From: Marsupella aquatica
Taxonomy: Eukaryota; Plantae; Marchantiophyta
Assembly (NCBI GenBank): GCA_973895155.1
Contig: OZ316899.1
Location: forward strand, 2,441,573-2,505,572
Length of the DNA: 64,000 nt
Reading direction: 5' to 3'
Part shown: piece by piece, positions 37,990 through 51,920 of the stretch
Layout of the letters: each line of letters begins with the position of its first letter
Position numbering within the stretch: the first letter of the stretch is position 1
Notes under the pieces: generated by a model
Seen by the model: the letters and a program-made list of their open reading frames with translations, nothing else
What the model was told of the DNA's origin: nothing
The model's database searches: none
Program-made: the position numbers and the translations under genes

Positions 37990-38340
37990 CAAATACCCAA
38001 GAACCCAAAGTACTTTCCTCTTCAAGCTTAAGTCTCCTCAAGACCCTCAAAGTAGTGTTACCCCTCAACCTTGCCCCCCTGGCCTTGGTTTGGGTTCACA
38101 CATCCCCATTGAGCTCTACAGAAGGCTCCTCTATCTAAGGACTCTTCCTCTTGTACTTACTTTTTGTTAACACCACACACCAAACAAAGTACTTTCCACC
38201 CTCAAGCTATAATCCTCTCTAAGTCTCAAAGTAGTGCTCTACTACCTTGCCTCCTTGGCCTTGGTTTTGTACTAGCACATCCCCTTCAAGCTTAGACCAA
38301 GATTACATCATAGCATGGACTCTTCTCTTGCTCTCATATA
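37990..38340. repeat. Diverged ~170-bp tandem duplication in LTR-like DNA
   Basis: Two copies of caaagtactttcc...aagct..ctcaaagtagtg...accttgcc.cc.tggccttggttt...cacatcccc. Confidence 0.6.
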
Positions 38341-41300
38341 CTTCAAATGCACTCACACTTAATGGTCACAATGAAGATTGACAAGTCTCTTTTTATTGCA
38401 TCACCTTTACAACAAAAGTTCACTACACATTCTCCACACTAAGCATGGACCACCTCTCCCTCTCTCTTCCACTTAAGAGATGAGACTCCCGGTCCCTAAC
38501 AAATGAAACCTTACTCCTTATATACTATTCTCCTTCCACACCACACCAAGTTTGACCTGGGGTCCAACTACTCCTCCCCCAAGTCCTCCTAACACACAAA
38601 GTCTATAGTTTGTAGCCCACCCTACAACCTATTGTTTGGACACCTTCCAAGCCTGGAATATGCCACACATGAGTTGCATGCTTTGACCTCCAAACCTGCT
38701 CCCACTTTTGGTCCTCCTCACCAGCTTCCCAACCCACTTGAAAGCTTGCAAAAAGAGTGAGTGAGTCTCAAGTTGTGCCTAGTCAAAGATGGCCTTATTT
38801 TACTTGTAACCCCTTTACTACCCTAAGTAAACTACTCCCTATACTTACTTTTCTTAACATGATGGCCTTACACCTTTGAACAAAGGTAAGTACCCTTCCC
38901 TAGAGCCTAACTAAAGTAGTATGGGTGCAAGAAAGGTCAGCCCCTAAATCTGGTAGTCATTCCCCTATGCCGACTTTGGTTTGCAAGCTATCGGGACCCC
39001 CTCATGGCCTCGGCTAAAAATATATTTGAGTGATTCTTTTTCTGGGTTTCCATCTTCACCAAGGAGTGCCTTACCTTCTCCTAACTCAGCACAAAAACAT
39101 TTGGGCCCCAACGGATACCCCTAGCCAAAGTTATGCCCATTCTCCCAAGGCCTGTTTTTGGTATAAAGCGGGTGTAAGCGATGACCCAATTACACTTATC
39201 TTACACGCCCCTTATGGAGATTCCAGGTGTCACCAGGGGAGAGTACTCTCATTATACTCACGTTTCTTATGAAGAATTTGATAAGGCATCAATTTTCGCA
39301 GTCATTTTCCTCTCTCTTGAATTCAATCTAAAAGTGCATCATTCTCTGTTGGATTCAAATGGCAGCAGGTCAATCTATAGCTCAACCAGGTTTGCAACAC
39401 CCTTCTCAGTCCACCTCCATAGCCATCCAGCCTTGCAAGTGATTCAAAATTGCACCAGAATTTTGCAGCAGCCATAGCCCACCAATTCGCAGCTAGCCCT
39501 CTTAATTCCTTCCTTGCAGTTGGTCCGTTTGCTACTACATTCAATCAATTTGCTAGCAGTCTAGCTCTATTCTCCAGCAGCCGGCCATAGCTCACCCTTC
39601 TCAACTTTGTAGCTAGCAGAGCAGCAACACTATTGAGCTAGCAGCATACTTACTAATCAGCCAACACTCAACATCTCGTGCTTGAAGCTAGCCCTTCTAA
39701 TTCTGGTGCAGCAGTAAGTCTGATCAGCTGCCAGCCCTTCAATTTCATAGCCCACCATAGCTCACAGCCAGCCAACTATCTCTTGATCAGCAACAGCCTA
39801 TTTCTCCATAGCAAGCAGCTCTATTCCAATCAACAGCATCGAGGCAGCCAGCCAATTCTGATCAGCATCCCATGCCTGAAGCTATAGTAGCTCAATTCAA
39901 TTTCGTAGCTGCCTCTTGATCCCAATTCGAAGCAAGCATCTCATGTATTGACCCTTATGGTGGTCCTGACCTCGTGCTTGAGTCGCCCTGGCCTCGTGCT
40001 TAAGTCGTGGTCGCCGCCGACGCGGTTGACACTTAGAAAAAAATTCGGATTTTTTTGTTGGGAAAATAGTATTTCCAGGCCATTTTAAATCTCCCCCAAA
40101 AATCACACATGAGTCCAAAATGACTTCTGAGTAGATTTACATATTCTCTAGACATAGGACTATGTCCTAGTTTACTAATATCTAGACAAAACCTTATCAA
40201 CGATTTTCTAGAATTAGGTAAAGTGGGTTAATTATTATGTTTTCCAAAATTCTTCTCAACTTTGAGATGCTCCCAAAAAGTAACCAAAGATACCCAGGTT
40301 CTACCACAAGTTCCCAGGGATATAGTGGACTATATTTAACCCACTTCCAAACTTGGAACTCCTAAATTTACTCATCAGCTATTTTTCCCGGGACCCGCTA
40401 TTTTGTTAATTTAAGTCGCACCAAAACACAAGGAAACCCTAGGTTGAGACCCCACTTACATCTAACTTTTTAGGGGTGCTCTAGGGACCTCCTAGCATCT
40501 ATGGGAAAAATCTGAACCAAAACTAAGACTTCAAGTGTCGGGTTGTTTCTCCGGCTCGAAATAGTCACCTAATCTAAATAAGGACGGAACGTTGTATGCC
40601 CCATCATAAAGACCTTTCTTATCCCTTGTCACTTGCTTACAAATCAGTAACCTTCCATTCCACTATTTTTCCTATTCTACCTACTTAAGTTCCTAAAACC
40701 TAGTTACTCCGATAGCACTTAAAACGTCTTTCTTACTATTCCTTGTTCAAAAAGCAAAAAAATGACAAGTTTCTTACATAAACCTATATCGAGCGATTCC
40801 ACAAGGGTCCTGAACTGAAGTAAAAAATATCAAAATATGCTACAAGAGTACTCAAGGTTCACTAGAATGCTCTTGGAATCAAAAACTGATCAAAAGTTAT
40901 CCCTAGTATTAACTGGAGTAAAAGTGTCATTGCGCTTTTGCGGTAAAACTAACAAATAGTGAGTTTGTTGGATCGGTAAAAAGTGTTGTTGGATTAAAAA
41001 ATGCACATTCCAAAAAAAATTCTAAGTGTCGGAAGTGCCTTTGTGTTGTTACGCCTTAGCATAGTAGCGCCGTTGCGCCTTTGCACATTTACGCTTTTAC
41101 AAAACTAAAATTCGAATAACTTCTAAACGACATGTCAGTTTGAGTCGATACTTTCAGGGTAGGTTCTATTGCGTAAGGGCTACTTGTTGGAAAAGTATGA
41201 GACTTTTCTACCTACTTTGACTACTTAACAAAAATTGCAGGCATTAGCTGATCTTGAGCTGAATGGTGGAGTAGGTCAGTCTTCTTGAAGCAATGCTATC

Positions 41301-41376
41301 TGGTCCGGTGGTTGAAATTCCTGAATGTCTCTGTTTGAATCACTTCTTGAAAGAAATCCATAACCTGAGTATCATG

Positions 41377-42078
41377 TCAAGCAAAAGGGAGAGACCTAAT
41401 TTGTCGTTCAACGTTTAAAATAGGGAGTTGTCTCCTATGAAAGATAGTGTTCACCTTACTAGCTTGCATGTAGATGCCAATCAAATCATAACTACAACAA
41501 GTGGCATGATAGTTTTGGGGAAACTTGTTGATGAAGGTGTTAGAGTCCTTGGCAAGCGATAGAAGTGGAGTAACACTAGGTAACAGTTCCCGCCACTTTA
41601 GGGTGTAATCAGCCAACCGTTGTGAAGTACTGTTGTTCCAGATCCTTTGTCTCTCAGCAACCGCTGTAATAAATTGTTGAAAAACATAAGGCTCCTCTAG
41701 AAGACCACCATGGTTAACTTGATATCTTTTGTTAGTTTGCCTCAGAAAGTTGATGATGAATTCCAAGGTGAAGGCAAGTAAATTTCCAAAATAAGCCAAA
41801 GTCAGATCTCCATTCTCCAGCACAATGTGTCCAACCAGGATCATGACAGCGAGAATAGGGCAAAAATATTCAGCTTCTATCCAGATTTCATCCATTTTGG
41901 CTATCTCCAAACGAGTGACTTCTTGTAGATGAAGTTTCAGGATATAGAGACATTCAACTCTCTTCTTATGATAGTACTGCCAAAACTCTAAGATTGGAGG
42001 AGTTCTAAGGTCTGAGACTCTGAAAAACTCAGCAATTTGTTTAATACTCTCCTGAGGAGTCTTAGGGTCAATATGCAA
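41377..42078 (-). CDS. Unassigned 233-aa ORF, probably part of a longer decayed ORF
   Basis: Open for 233 codons in AT-rich DNA; frame continues about 26 codons past the TGA; no motif recognised. Confidence 0.3.
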   Translation of the reverse strand: MHIDPKTPQESIKQIAEFFRVSDLRTPPILEFWQYYHKKRVECLYILKLHLQEVTRLEIAKMDEIWIEAEYFCPILAVMILVGHIVLENGDLTLAYFGNLLAFTLEFIINFLRQTNKRYQVNHGGLLEEPYVFQQFITAVAERQRIWNNSTSQRLADYTLKWRELLPSVTPLLSLAKDSNTFINKFPQNYHATCCSYDLIGIYMQASKVNTIFHRRQLPILNVERQIRSLPFA

Positions 42079-43002
42079 TGTAGGAATGAAATTGACCTGG
42101 CAGGATTTATCTTGACCTAGTGGAAGGGTGTCAGGATAGGAAACAACAAGATGTTCACTTGCAGGTGTAACCTCAGGTTATGGAAAACTAGGATAAAGGT
42201 GGTATGGTTGGTTGGAAGGGCTGTAAGGTGAGGTGGGTGAATGACTAGAAGGAGGGGAAGAATAATAAATGGGAGAGCATCCGGTGTGACAACAAACTGC
42301 AAAATATACTTGTTTAGTGTTGCACCCAAATATATATCTATGTAAGTCTATGGACTAGATCTTCTCAATATTCCTGATGATGATCTCGCGTGAGTAGAGC
42401 TGTAGTCTTGTTCAGAAGATCATCTAAGATGTCAATTAGGTGTCTCTCGTCACATTCCAGCATGTCGATCATCTTATTGACAAGAACAGTATAGTGTTCA
42501 ACAGAATTACATGGAGAAGTAGATAGTGTCTGTTGAAGTTCTAACCTGGGTGATGTGTCATTTTCCTCCAGATGTGTCATTTTCCTCCATTGGCTCAGCT
42601 TCAACATCATTTGTAACCTTGGTATTGGAGGCAGATGGTATGGGTCGATATAGCTCTACCGTCTCTGAACATAATTGAGTAGGACCTTGAGTTGGAGAGT
42701 TCAAAGGGTTTGATTTGTGCAGCGGATTTGAGAAAATTGGCGGTTGTTAGTTTTCTTCTTGTAAAACCTGTCTATCTTTCTTTTTTGCTTTTGGCCATGC
42801 TCCTTCACTTCTTGCTGCAAGCTCAATGTGCTTCAGCTATGGCAATATGAACTTACCCTGTCCCAACGCCACTGCCGTGAGCTGCAGGACAGCCAACAGA
42901 AGTTGTGTACAGATTGCATGTAAGTCAGGGTATTTTATGGTTTGCGGAACAACTGCCCAAGTATGCTGCAGTGGTCGGTCTTGCGCAACTCAATGAGCCA
43001 AT

Positions 43003-46000
43003 TGTTGTAACTCATACTTGAGTTAAGTCTACCTTTGGGATAACTACCTATGTAACTACCCTAACTACTTAGGCCGTAGCCACATGTATATATTCTACCA
43101 AGAGTAAAGATGGAACTAACTCTTTATCTCATTTCTCCCACAACACGTTATCAGCACGAGCCTAAGACTGGCTGAATTTTTTTTAGGCCATGACTGATTC
43201 ACTCTAAGACGAAGAAAGAAGGGAAAGACGTGATTCGAATGTGCCAAAGTTTTTTTTGCGAGAGCTGCTTGAAGCGCTGCATGAGCAATTTTTCTTTGGG
43301 AGAAAGGCCAAGGAAGAATTGATCCCGGCTATGGTGAATTGAATATCAAGGCGCCATCTTATTCGGCGCATGCTTTTTTTCAAGTCGGTACAGCAGTAAG
43401 GCAATAGCAACAGTCAGTCAGAGCCAGTGTTGTTGACGCGAGCACGAATCTGGAAACGAGTCAGTGATTGGAACTCCAGCCATTCGAGGAGTCGGAAGTT
43501 GGTGGCCAAGGCATTTTCTCATTTACTGGCGAGCAAGCCTCTCACACCAACTACATCTCTGATTGATAAGATTTCTAGCGAGCACCAGCTCACTGACGGC
43601 TGGTCGTGAGCACACAACAGATTGGAGTACGACAATCTACTCTGTTTCCTGTGTTTGCTTCCAGTTCTACTCGAGTCTACCGCTGGAGGCATTCGCAATG
43701 AACGAAAGCAACATAGGATGCATTGCGTAAGGACACTACAAGTGAAAGATCGAGGCGATAAGGGAAGAAACTGAAAACGCTCGGGAAGAGAAGAAGAGAG
43801 ATCGAACGAGAGAGCACTCTTAAGAAAATTGGACATAGACATTCATCAAACATTCGAGAGGAATTGATAAGGACAGCAAGAACAGAAACGCAAATCAATA
43901 TCATCACATAAGAGAACCGATCCAAGGCGCAGATCACAGCCTCAATTCCATAAGGAACTCGTAAGGATAGCAGGAGATAAAGAAAGGCTCCCTGGACTTC
44001 GAGCCTGCGATTGGAACCATCGAGGAACACGATTCTATTTTCTTGAAGTAGGCATGGGCCCAGCAAAAGCAACAGACGCATGCTACTCCACTATTCCTTG
44101 CAGAACTATGCTCCCTTCTACGTTCACGCGCACGGTCTATGAGCTTTCGGATTCAATCATGTCGTCAACGTACCAAAGTTTCAACTGCAAAAACTGCCCT
44201 GTCCGATAATCCTTCACGATAGTACCGTACAGAGCATCATCCCAATCTCGCGTCACTTGAGAATTATTCCCTTACGCCTTCCCTAACCCCAGGGTAGCTA
44301 ACAAGCTTTCGAGCACGTTCCACGCCCGTATCTTGCGAATCTGAGAAGCTCAGACAGTTGAGATGCAGATGGAACTCCATATCGTTTTGGTCGAATCCAG
44401 ACTATCAACTCCCTTTGAAGCAGAAGAACATGGCCACTTTACTAGATTGAATTATCTAATCTTTGACATGGATGTATTCGAAGATCTGAATACATCCATC
44501 AGTCTCGGCCAAATGGCTCCCTGCAAGTCGACGACTGATTGCTTGAAGTTTTCTGCTGGTGGAGGTCACCATCCGCACATTTGATCTTTATGCCCTCGAT
44601 TTTTGTCTCCTATCACCAATGAGCATCGTTTGGAGCTCGGAAATAGCGACGAGGCCGATTACCTGAAGGACCCGAACGAGATCTGCGTTCATGGAGATCT
44701 ACGTTTTGGAACGAGTCATCAGACCTCCTATTTCCAGTCCGTGAAGGCGACCTCATACGGAAGATTGATTCATAAGGAACACCCATACGCCTAATTCCCA
44801 ATTGAAAAGATAGGAAGAGAGAAGACGCTACAGAAATCAAACACAGATCGTGAGCAAGGCAGGCAGCATTGCGAACATATAAAGACAGTCCATGATCAAA
44901 CACGAAGGGAGAAACTGAAAACTTCGAAGGAAAGAATGCGAGATAGAGGAGAAACAATAAGCACCGAAGGCAAGGAGGATAAATCCAAGAACATTGAAGG
45001 AAGCACAAACCCGAAAAAGCAAAGAGAGAACCCTGAAGAACGATGAGGCGAGACCGAAACTAATCGAGCCAAAGAGAGAACGTGAGGAACGCCAGGAGAG
45101 AGAAGGACGTCCAATGCAGATGGAGATCGTGGTACAAGCTAAAGACGAGACGCCGGGCAAAGGAGGCAAACCACATCAAACCAAAGGGAAGTCCACCACA
45201 TTTTCTTCTAAGAAGACCATTTTACACTAAGTAATGGAGAACTAAAGAACAAAGAGACTTTCTCTTCAAAAGGAAAGAAAAACCAAACAACAAGACATGA
45301 AGTAAGGACATAAAGAAAGAAGCTAAGGTACAGAATCTACATGGAGACAAATGATGACTGAAAACAAAAAAAAAACATTTCAGAGTTATTAAAGCCAACT
45401 GCAACAAGGTTGATTTGTATTAACATTCACAAGAACACTTCATGCCATGCCAAAACGATTTAAGGCACCTACGAAAACACTTATTGAAAATGTTAATGAT
45501 GGTTATTTCCACCAATTAATTTCATAAATTCAGGGGGAGATATTTTTCCCAGGGGTGCCTACTGCACATGGAAACAAATGGGTGCCTACTGTACACCCAG
45601 GCAAAAAGGACATATATTTGACAAATTGAGGGGGAGACCTCAAGTAAGACTTGACATCAAGCAATGTAACCCATGGGATGTGCCTATTGCACAAGTGCCT
45701 TTCGCACCAATGAATACCTAAAAATGGAACTCTATTCCATGCATATGGCAAATCATGAAATCTAAGGAATTTTTATAAATGATTGAACATGGTGTTAACA
45801 CAATCACTTACCAATACTTGATGAGGTATACTGGATATTAAAGTACCATATGATATATGAGGTACAGTACCAGGTCATAAGGTACCATAAGGTGAGACAT
45901 GGCATGGTAAGGCACCATAAGAGATGGTGCGCCATACCCCAATATGATAACCCTACGTTGTGGATATGGTACGTGATGTGGTGCAAATAGGTTATGCCCA

Positions 46001-46666
46001 CACCAAATCTAGGGTTGGACACCCAATCCAATTCCAAGGCCATGGATTACACCATATCATCTTCATTTTGTACTAATACTTTGCTTTGTCATGGCATGTA
46101 ATCGGTGACCATCAAGGAGTCTCCATTTCCCGATTGGAAGGAGACACGAGAAACAATCAACCAAGGAGGATCTTCAACAAGCCTATAGTGTTGACAAACA
46201 CCTTAAGATACTTTGTAGAAATTACACATACACTATATACTTAAATCCAATTATGTTTCACCCATGGGGATGGTAACACTCTTTCCTCCCACAAAGAAAG
46301 TAGGGGAGGTTTTAATGAGGTTACATCTCCCACTTACACTTTACCATACAACATGAATTATAAGACATCTATTAGGAGAAGCTTTTCATTTATAGTAGAC
46401 TTGAGATGGCTACACCATTTATAAAATAGGCTAGACATAAACAAAACCTATTGTATACCACTGAGTATGCCCAAAGTAGACTCTTGATTGTAACATTTAA
46501 ACCCCAATGTTACAAAGGGGGAGTGTTGTAACTCATACTTGAGTTAAGTCTACCTTTGGGATAACTACCTATGTAACTACCCTAACTACTTAGGCCGTAG
46601 CCACATGTACATATTCTACCAAGAGTAAAGATGGAACTAACTCTTTATCTCATTTCTCCCACAACA
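43003..46666 (+). mobile_element. Non-autonomous Ty1/Copia (Bianca/Bryco-type PBS), recent insertion
   Basis: 143-bp LTRs at 43003-43145 and 46524-46666 with one mismatch seen; TSD CCAAT; PBS CGTTATCAGCACG; PPT AAAGGGGGAG; internal (C)AGGGGGAG motifs; no intact gag-pol. Confidence 0.93.
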
Positions 46667-49089
46667 CCAATTTCATTTTCCCTGTGCACTTCTATTTCTC
46701 AGAGAATTCCCTGGTCATGCTCATTTTCCCCAAAGTTAGAAAACAAAGAAGAAGAGTTGACTAATTGTAATTCCAATCCATATCCTGATCGGTCAAGGAT
46801 TGTTCACTACATTGGCCTTGTCATTGGCCGAGGTCACCAAATTTTGCTTGGTTTCATTCCTGTTGAGCACTGCTGTGATGGATGAATAGTTTTGTCTTGC
46901 CTTGAAGTGGGACATTGGATGAATCCCTCAAGCCTTGTCTGTTTTCAAAAGCTCATAGTGTTTACCTTCAGCTATGGGCGGTTGACATCTTTTAGCATTC
47001 TTTGTGGTGGTGCCTTTCTTGCAGAGCTCCTGCTCCAACTGCCCCTTTTTCCTGGTAAGTTGTGCAACCTTGATTCCAGTATAGATTGAAGTATTCTTGT
47101 CTTAATTGTGTCTATGTACATAGTGTCCTTCATTGCAACTGTCCTTCAAAACCTGTTGAGTTCCAGCAAAGTGAATAAGGCGCCATAAGGCATTCTGCCA
47201 TCATTCCAATCAACTTAAACAAAAATGGAGCTTCAATATGAAATGAAAGCATTTATCCCCTCCCTAGACTAATCAAAGTTTCCTAGCAAAAGTTTATACG
47301 TTTTAATTGTCCAAGTGTAGGTTTAATCATGAAAGTGCAGGCCGCTACACCAAGTGCTGGTTGGTGGCCTAAGTGCAGGGTGGTAGGCGGAGTACGTTGC
47401 CTGGCCCTATTACTTTTTCATTGTTTGCCTATGGTGTTGGCATTTTTCTCACACTCATTCTCATCCTCCAATAATTATTGGCAATTCAACTATCCTCTAG
47501 AATTTAGTCAGAAGGTGAACTATTAGTAAGACTACATTTTCCCTTTGCTCACAATTGAATTTCATAATCCTACTTGTCGTAGCATTCTGCAAACTCTCAC
47601 GGTTTGCTTATGGCCATTATTTGCAATTTTCTGCTACTAAGATGTCTTCTTCTGAGCAACATACACCGGAAGTAAGCAATAGTGGAGGTTTAACTGCACA
47701 TCAACACATCCAGTGAACTACCTCTCTGCTGCTCACTGCAAGGTGAGACTTTCACTCTTTCTGGATATTATAGTTTGTAAGCAAGTTGATTAGGAGTGTT
47801 TCATGCTATGTTTATACTGTGACCTCTAGCTGGAACCAAGGGAATGACACAGTGAGTGGGAACTGATAATTTAAGGTTGGTTGCTGTTGGTGAGGCAAGT
47901 ACAGCTCCTGATCACCTTGCTGATCGAAGGTGCTTATCAGAGGACGTGAACACAGGACATCTCCACAAAAGCAGCACTTATGGTGAGGACCCACAACACT
48001 GAACATGTGCGGCTTGCACGCAAGGCAAAGATGTTGCACCTTGAGTATGTCAGACTTGGGATCCTTCCAGCCCAGTCTGCATGGTACTTTCACTAGAAGA
48101 AAACCTGTGTTTTACTACTACAGGCCTTGCAACTACTTTGCCTAAACAACTCATACGTGGTGCCAACCACTGTTTTTTTAATGGGTTGTAATAATCTGCA
48201 TTTTGTGATTCTAATTAGAACTATGTTACCTTAATCACTAATTATAACTCTTTTTTTTGCCACTAAAACTTAGATCACTTTAATTAGAGTTGTATATTAT
48301 ACAATTTTCAAATCACTACAATCCACCGTCCATTACACCGTCAATGTTTACAACTCTATTTTTAACTAAGATTTTACTACTGGCCAAAAGCACTACAAAT
48401 ACAAGTACCACCAATATTTGAATGGTAAAGGTGTTTTTTCAATCAACTCCCAATCAAGTGAATATTTTCCAAGTGATCTTAATTACTTGAAATAATGTCA
48501 TTTGTGAGCACACCTTTTGTTACTATAAATATCACCAATAGTGGAGTCATAAATGAATTTTGGCAAAATCACTTAAAATATTTTAGTGACAAGGAAATTC
48601 TTACAAACAACTTAAGATTGAGTGAATTAATTGTCAATGTACAAAATCTCTTTAAGTAAAGTCATTATTATCACAAATTGTCTGACTAGAAATGCCACTA
48701 ATATTAGAGTCCAATAAATATTATTTGATGCAACTACAAACCAAGTGCCACATCCTCTTTTGGTCCAAAATCACTCTAAAGAATGTTATTCTCTTCGCAC
48801 ATTTTAGTGACTCCAAATGCCACTAAGAGTAGAGTGTCAATGGAGGGCCTTGCAAATGACTTGAAATGAAGTAGATCATTTTTCATTCTCAGAAATCACT
48901 ATGAATAATGTCATTATTTAAATACATTTTGCAACTACAAATGCCATCAACATTAGAGTGTCAGAACAGTTTTGACAAATGACTGAAAATTGAAAGGATT
49001 ATTTTGTGATGTCCAAAATCTCTCCCAATGATGTCATTAGCAACACACATTTTCAGCCACGATATGCATGCCACCAAAATTACAGCGAT

Positions 49090-51920
49090 AAATAAATTCT
49101 TTTTTACAAATTGTACCCAAACCACTGCAGAACATGTAGTTTGAGGGTTTTGGGCACCTGTCACTTGAAATACCACCATGTTTTGAGTTGGGAAAGTTAT
49201 GTGTTTGAACTTCCAATCAAGTGCATTGGTAAATACCAGCCCAACCACTTAACATAAGGTCCTTTCGGGCTCTCATCTTCTTGCAACTACAAACTGCATC
49301 CATATTTGAGTGATGCAACACACATTGGTGCGATCATTTGCCATGAACTAGTGCTAAAAGGAGTGAATTGTGTGGATGCATCAAATAAGCCTCATATTTG
49401 TAATTCTGTAGAGTCTTGGAGTGATTTGTGTGGAGTTCATGATGTTGCATCACTTGGGTGCCTCAAATATCTCCACCTTGGCAATTTATGCATCACAATC
49501 TCATTGTCGTTGCTATAACTAGTTGGCACACGTGATGGGGCTGTCCCATGGGTTCACCATGGGGGAGCTAACACGGAGGAATTGTGGTGGCGGCGGGCCC
49601 AGCCCTCCTCCTTTAATCGTGACCCTGCGAGAATTGCGGCAAGGTGGATCCACTTCTCATTATCCATTGTAAGTCTGTCACTCTGGAAACCACTCGAAAC
49701 AATGTGCTTTAAAGCTCTCATTTCTAGCGACTAACATTGTCACTCAAGCTGGGGTGGTACATCACGCATCCTTCTAAACAACTTCTCATGAAGTGGTAGT
49801 CCTAGGATGATTGGGGGGCAAACCACTACAAATGAGGTGGTTTTAGGGTTTAGGGCAAATACAACTTAAAATACCACCTTTATTTGAGTTGAGAAATAAA
49901 TTGGGTGCAAACACTTGCAATGAAGTGTATTTATATGTACACGCCCAATTGATTCGAAAAAAGGTCCTTTCAGGCCCTCGCCTTTTGGCGACTACAAATT
50001 GCACCCATATTTGAGTGATGCAGCACACTTTAGTGTGATCCCAAACCATGAACTAGTGCTAAGAGGAGTGAATTGTGTGGATGCATCAAATAAGCCCCAT
50101 ATTTGTAATTCCGTAGAGTCTTGGAGTGATTTGTGTGGAGTTCATGCTGTTGCATCACTTGGGTGCCTCAAATCTCTCCACCTTGGCAATTTATGCGTCA
50201 CAATCTCATTGTCGTTGTTATAACTAGTTGGCACATGTGATGGGGGTGTCCCATGGGTTCACCATGGGGGGGCTAACACAGAGGAATTGGTATGGCGGCA
50301 GCCCAACCCTCCTCCTTTAATCGTGGCCCTCCAAGAATTGCCGCAAGGTGGATCCATTTCTTATTATCCATTGTAAGTTTGTCACCCCCCAAATCACTAA
50401 AAACTTTGTTCTTCAAAGCCCTCATTTCTAACAACTAACACTATCACTCAGGCTGGGGTGATACATCACGCATCCCTCTAAACAACTTGTCATGAAGTGG
50501 TATTCCAAGGGTGATTGTTATTCCCAAACCACTACAAATGAGCTGGTTTTAGGGTTTAGGGCAAATGTAACTTAAGATACCACCTTATTTGAGTTGAGAA
50601 GTAAATTGGGTGCGAACACTTGCAAAAAAGTGTATTTATATGTACACGCCCAATTGACTTGGAAAAATGTCCTTTGAGGCCCTCGCCTTTCGGCGACTAC
50701 AAATTGCACCCATATTTGAGTGATGCAGCACACTTTAGTGTGATCCCAAACCATGAACTAGTGCTAAAAGGAGTGAATTGTGTGTCGCATCACATAAGCC
50801 CCATATTTGTAATTTCGTAGAGTCTTGGAGTGATTTGTGTGGAGTTCATGCTGTTGCATCACTTGGGTGCCTCAAATCTCTCCACCTTGGCAATTTATGC
50901 GTCACAATCTCATTGTCGTTGTTATAACTAGTTGGCACACGTGATGGGGGTGTCCCATGGGTTCACCATGGGGGGGCTAACATAGAGGAATTTGTATGGC
51001 GGCGGCCCAACCCTCCTCCTTTAATCGTGGCCCTCCGAGAATTGCCGCAAGGTGGATCCACTTCTCATTATCCATTGTAAGTTTGTCACTCCCCAAATCA
51101 CTAAAGACTATGTTCTTCAACTTAGCCCTTATTTCTAGCGACTAATACTATCACTCAAGCTGGGGTGGTACATCACGCATTCCTCCAAATAACTTCTCTT
51201 GAAGTGGTAGTCCAAGGGTGATTGTTGTTCCCCGCTACAAATGAGGTGGTTTTAGGGTTTAGGGCAAATGCAACTTAAGATACCACCTTTATTTGAGTTG
51301 AGAAGTAAATTGGGTGCGAACACTTGCAATGAAGTGTATTTATATGTACATGCCCAATTGACTCGGAAAAATGTCCTTTGAGGCCCTCGCCTTTTGGCGA
51401 CTACAAATTGCACCCGTATTTGAGTGATGCAGCACACTTTAGTGTGATCCCAAACCATGAACTAGTGCTAAAAGGAGTGAATTGTGTGTTGCATCACATA
51501 AGCCCCATATTTGTAATTTCGTAGAGTCTTGGAGTGATTTGTGTGGAGTTCATGATGTTCCATCACTTGTGTGCCTCAAATCTCTCCACCTTGGCATTTT
51601 GTCACAAACCTCATTGTCGTTGCTATAACTAGTTGGCACACGTGATGGGGGTGTCCCACGGCTTCACCATGGGGGGGCTAACATAGAGGAATTGTTATGG
51701 CGGCGGGCCCAACCCTCCTCCTTTAATTGTGGCCCTCCGAGAATTGTTGCAAGGTGAATCACTTCCCCGTCCACTTCTTATTATCCTTTGTAAGTTTGTC
51801 ACTCCCGAAACCACTCAAAACAATGTGCTTCAAAGCCCTCATTTTTAGCGACTAACATTGTCACTCAGGCTGGGGTGGTACATCATGCATCCTTCTAAAC
51901 AGCTTCTCATGAAGTGGTGG
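49090..51920. repeat. ~705-bp tandem repeat, about 4 units, in the CACTA 5' subterminal region
   Basis: The same CTACAAA..GCA..C.TATTTGAGTGATGCA anchor recurs at 49287, 49992, 50697 and 51401. Confidence 0.95.

Noticed and set aside
36800-41230. Defined LTR or Helitron boundaries in this AT-rich interval
   Set aside because: Candidate ends exist (GGTCACA about 38373, GTTGACA 40031) but no convincing TSD or partner end was found; left unannotated.
49840-51270. Interstitial telomere
   Set aside because: Only TTTAGGG dimers, at most one per 705-bp unit; not an array.
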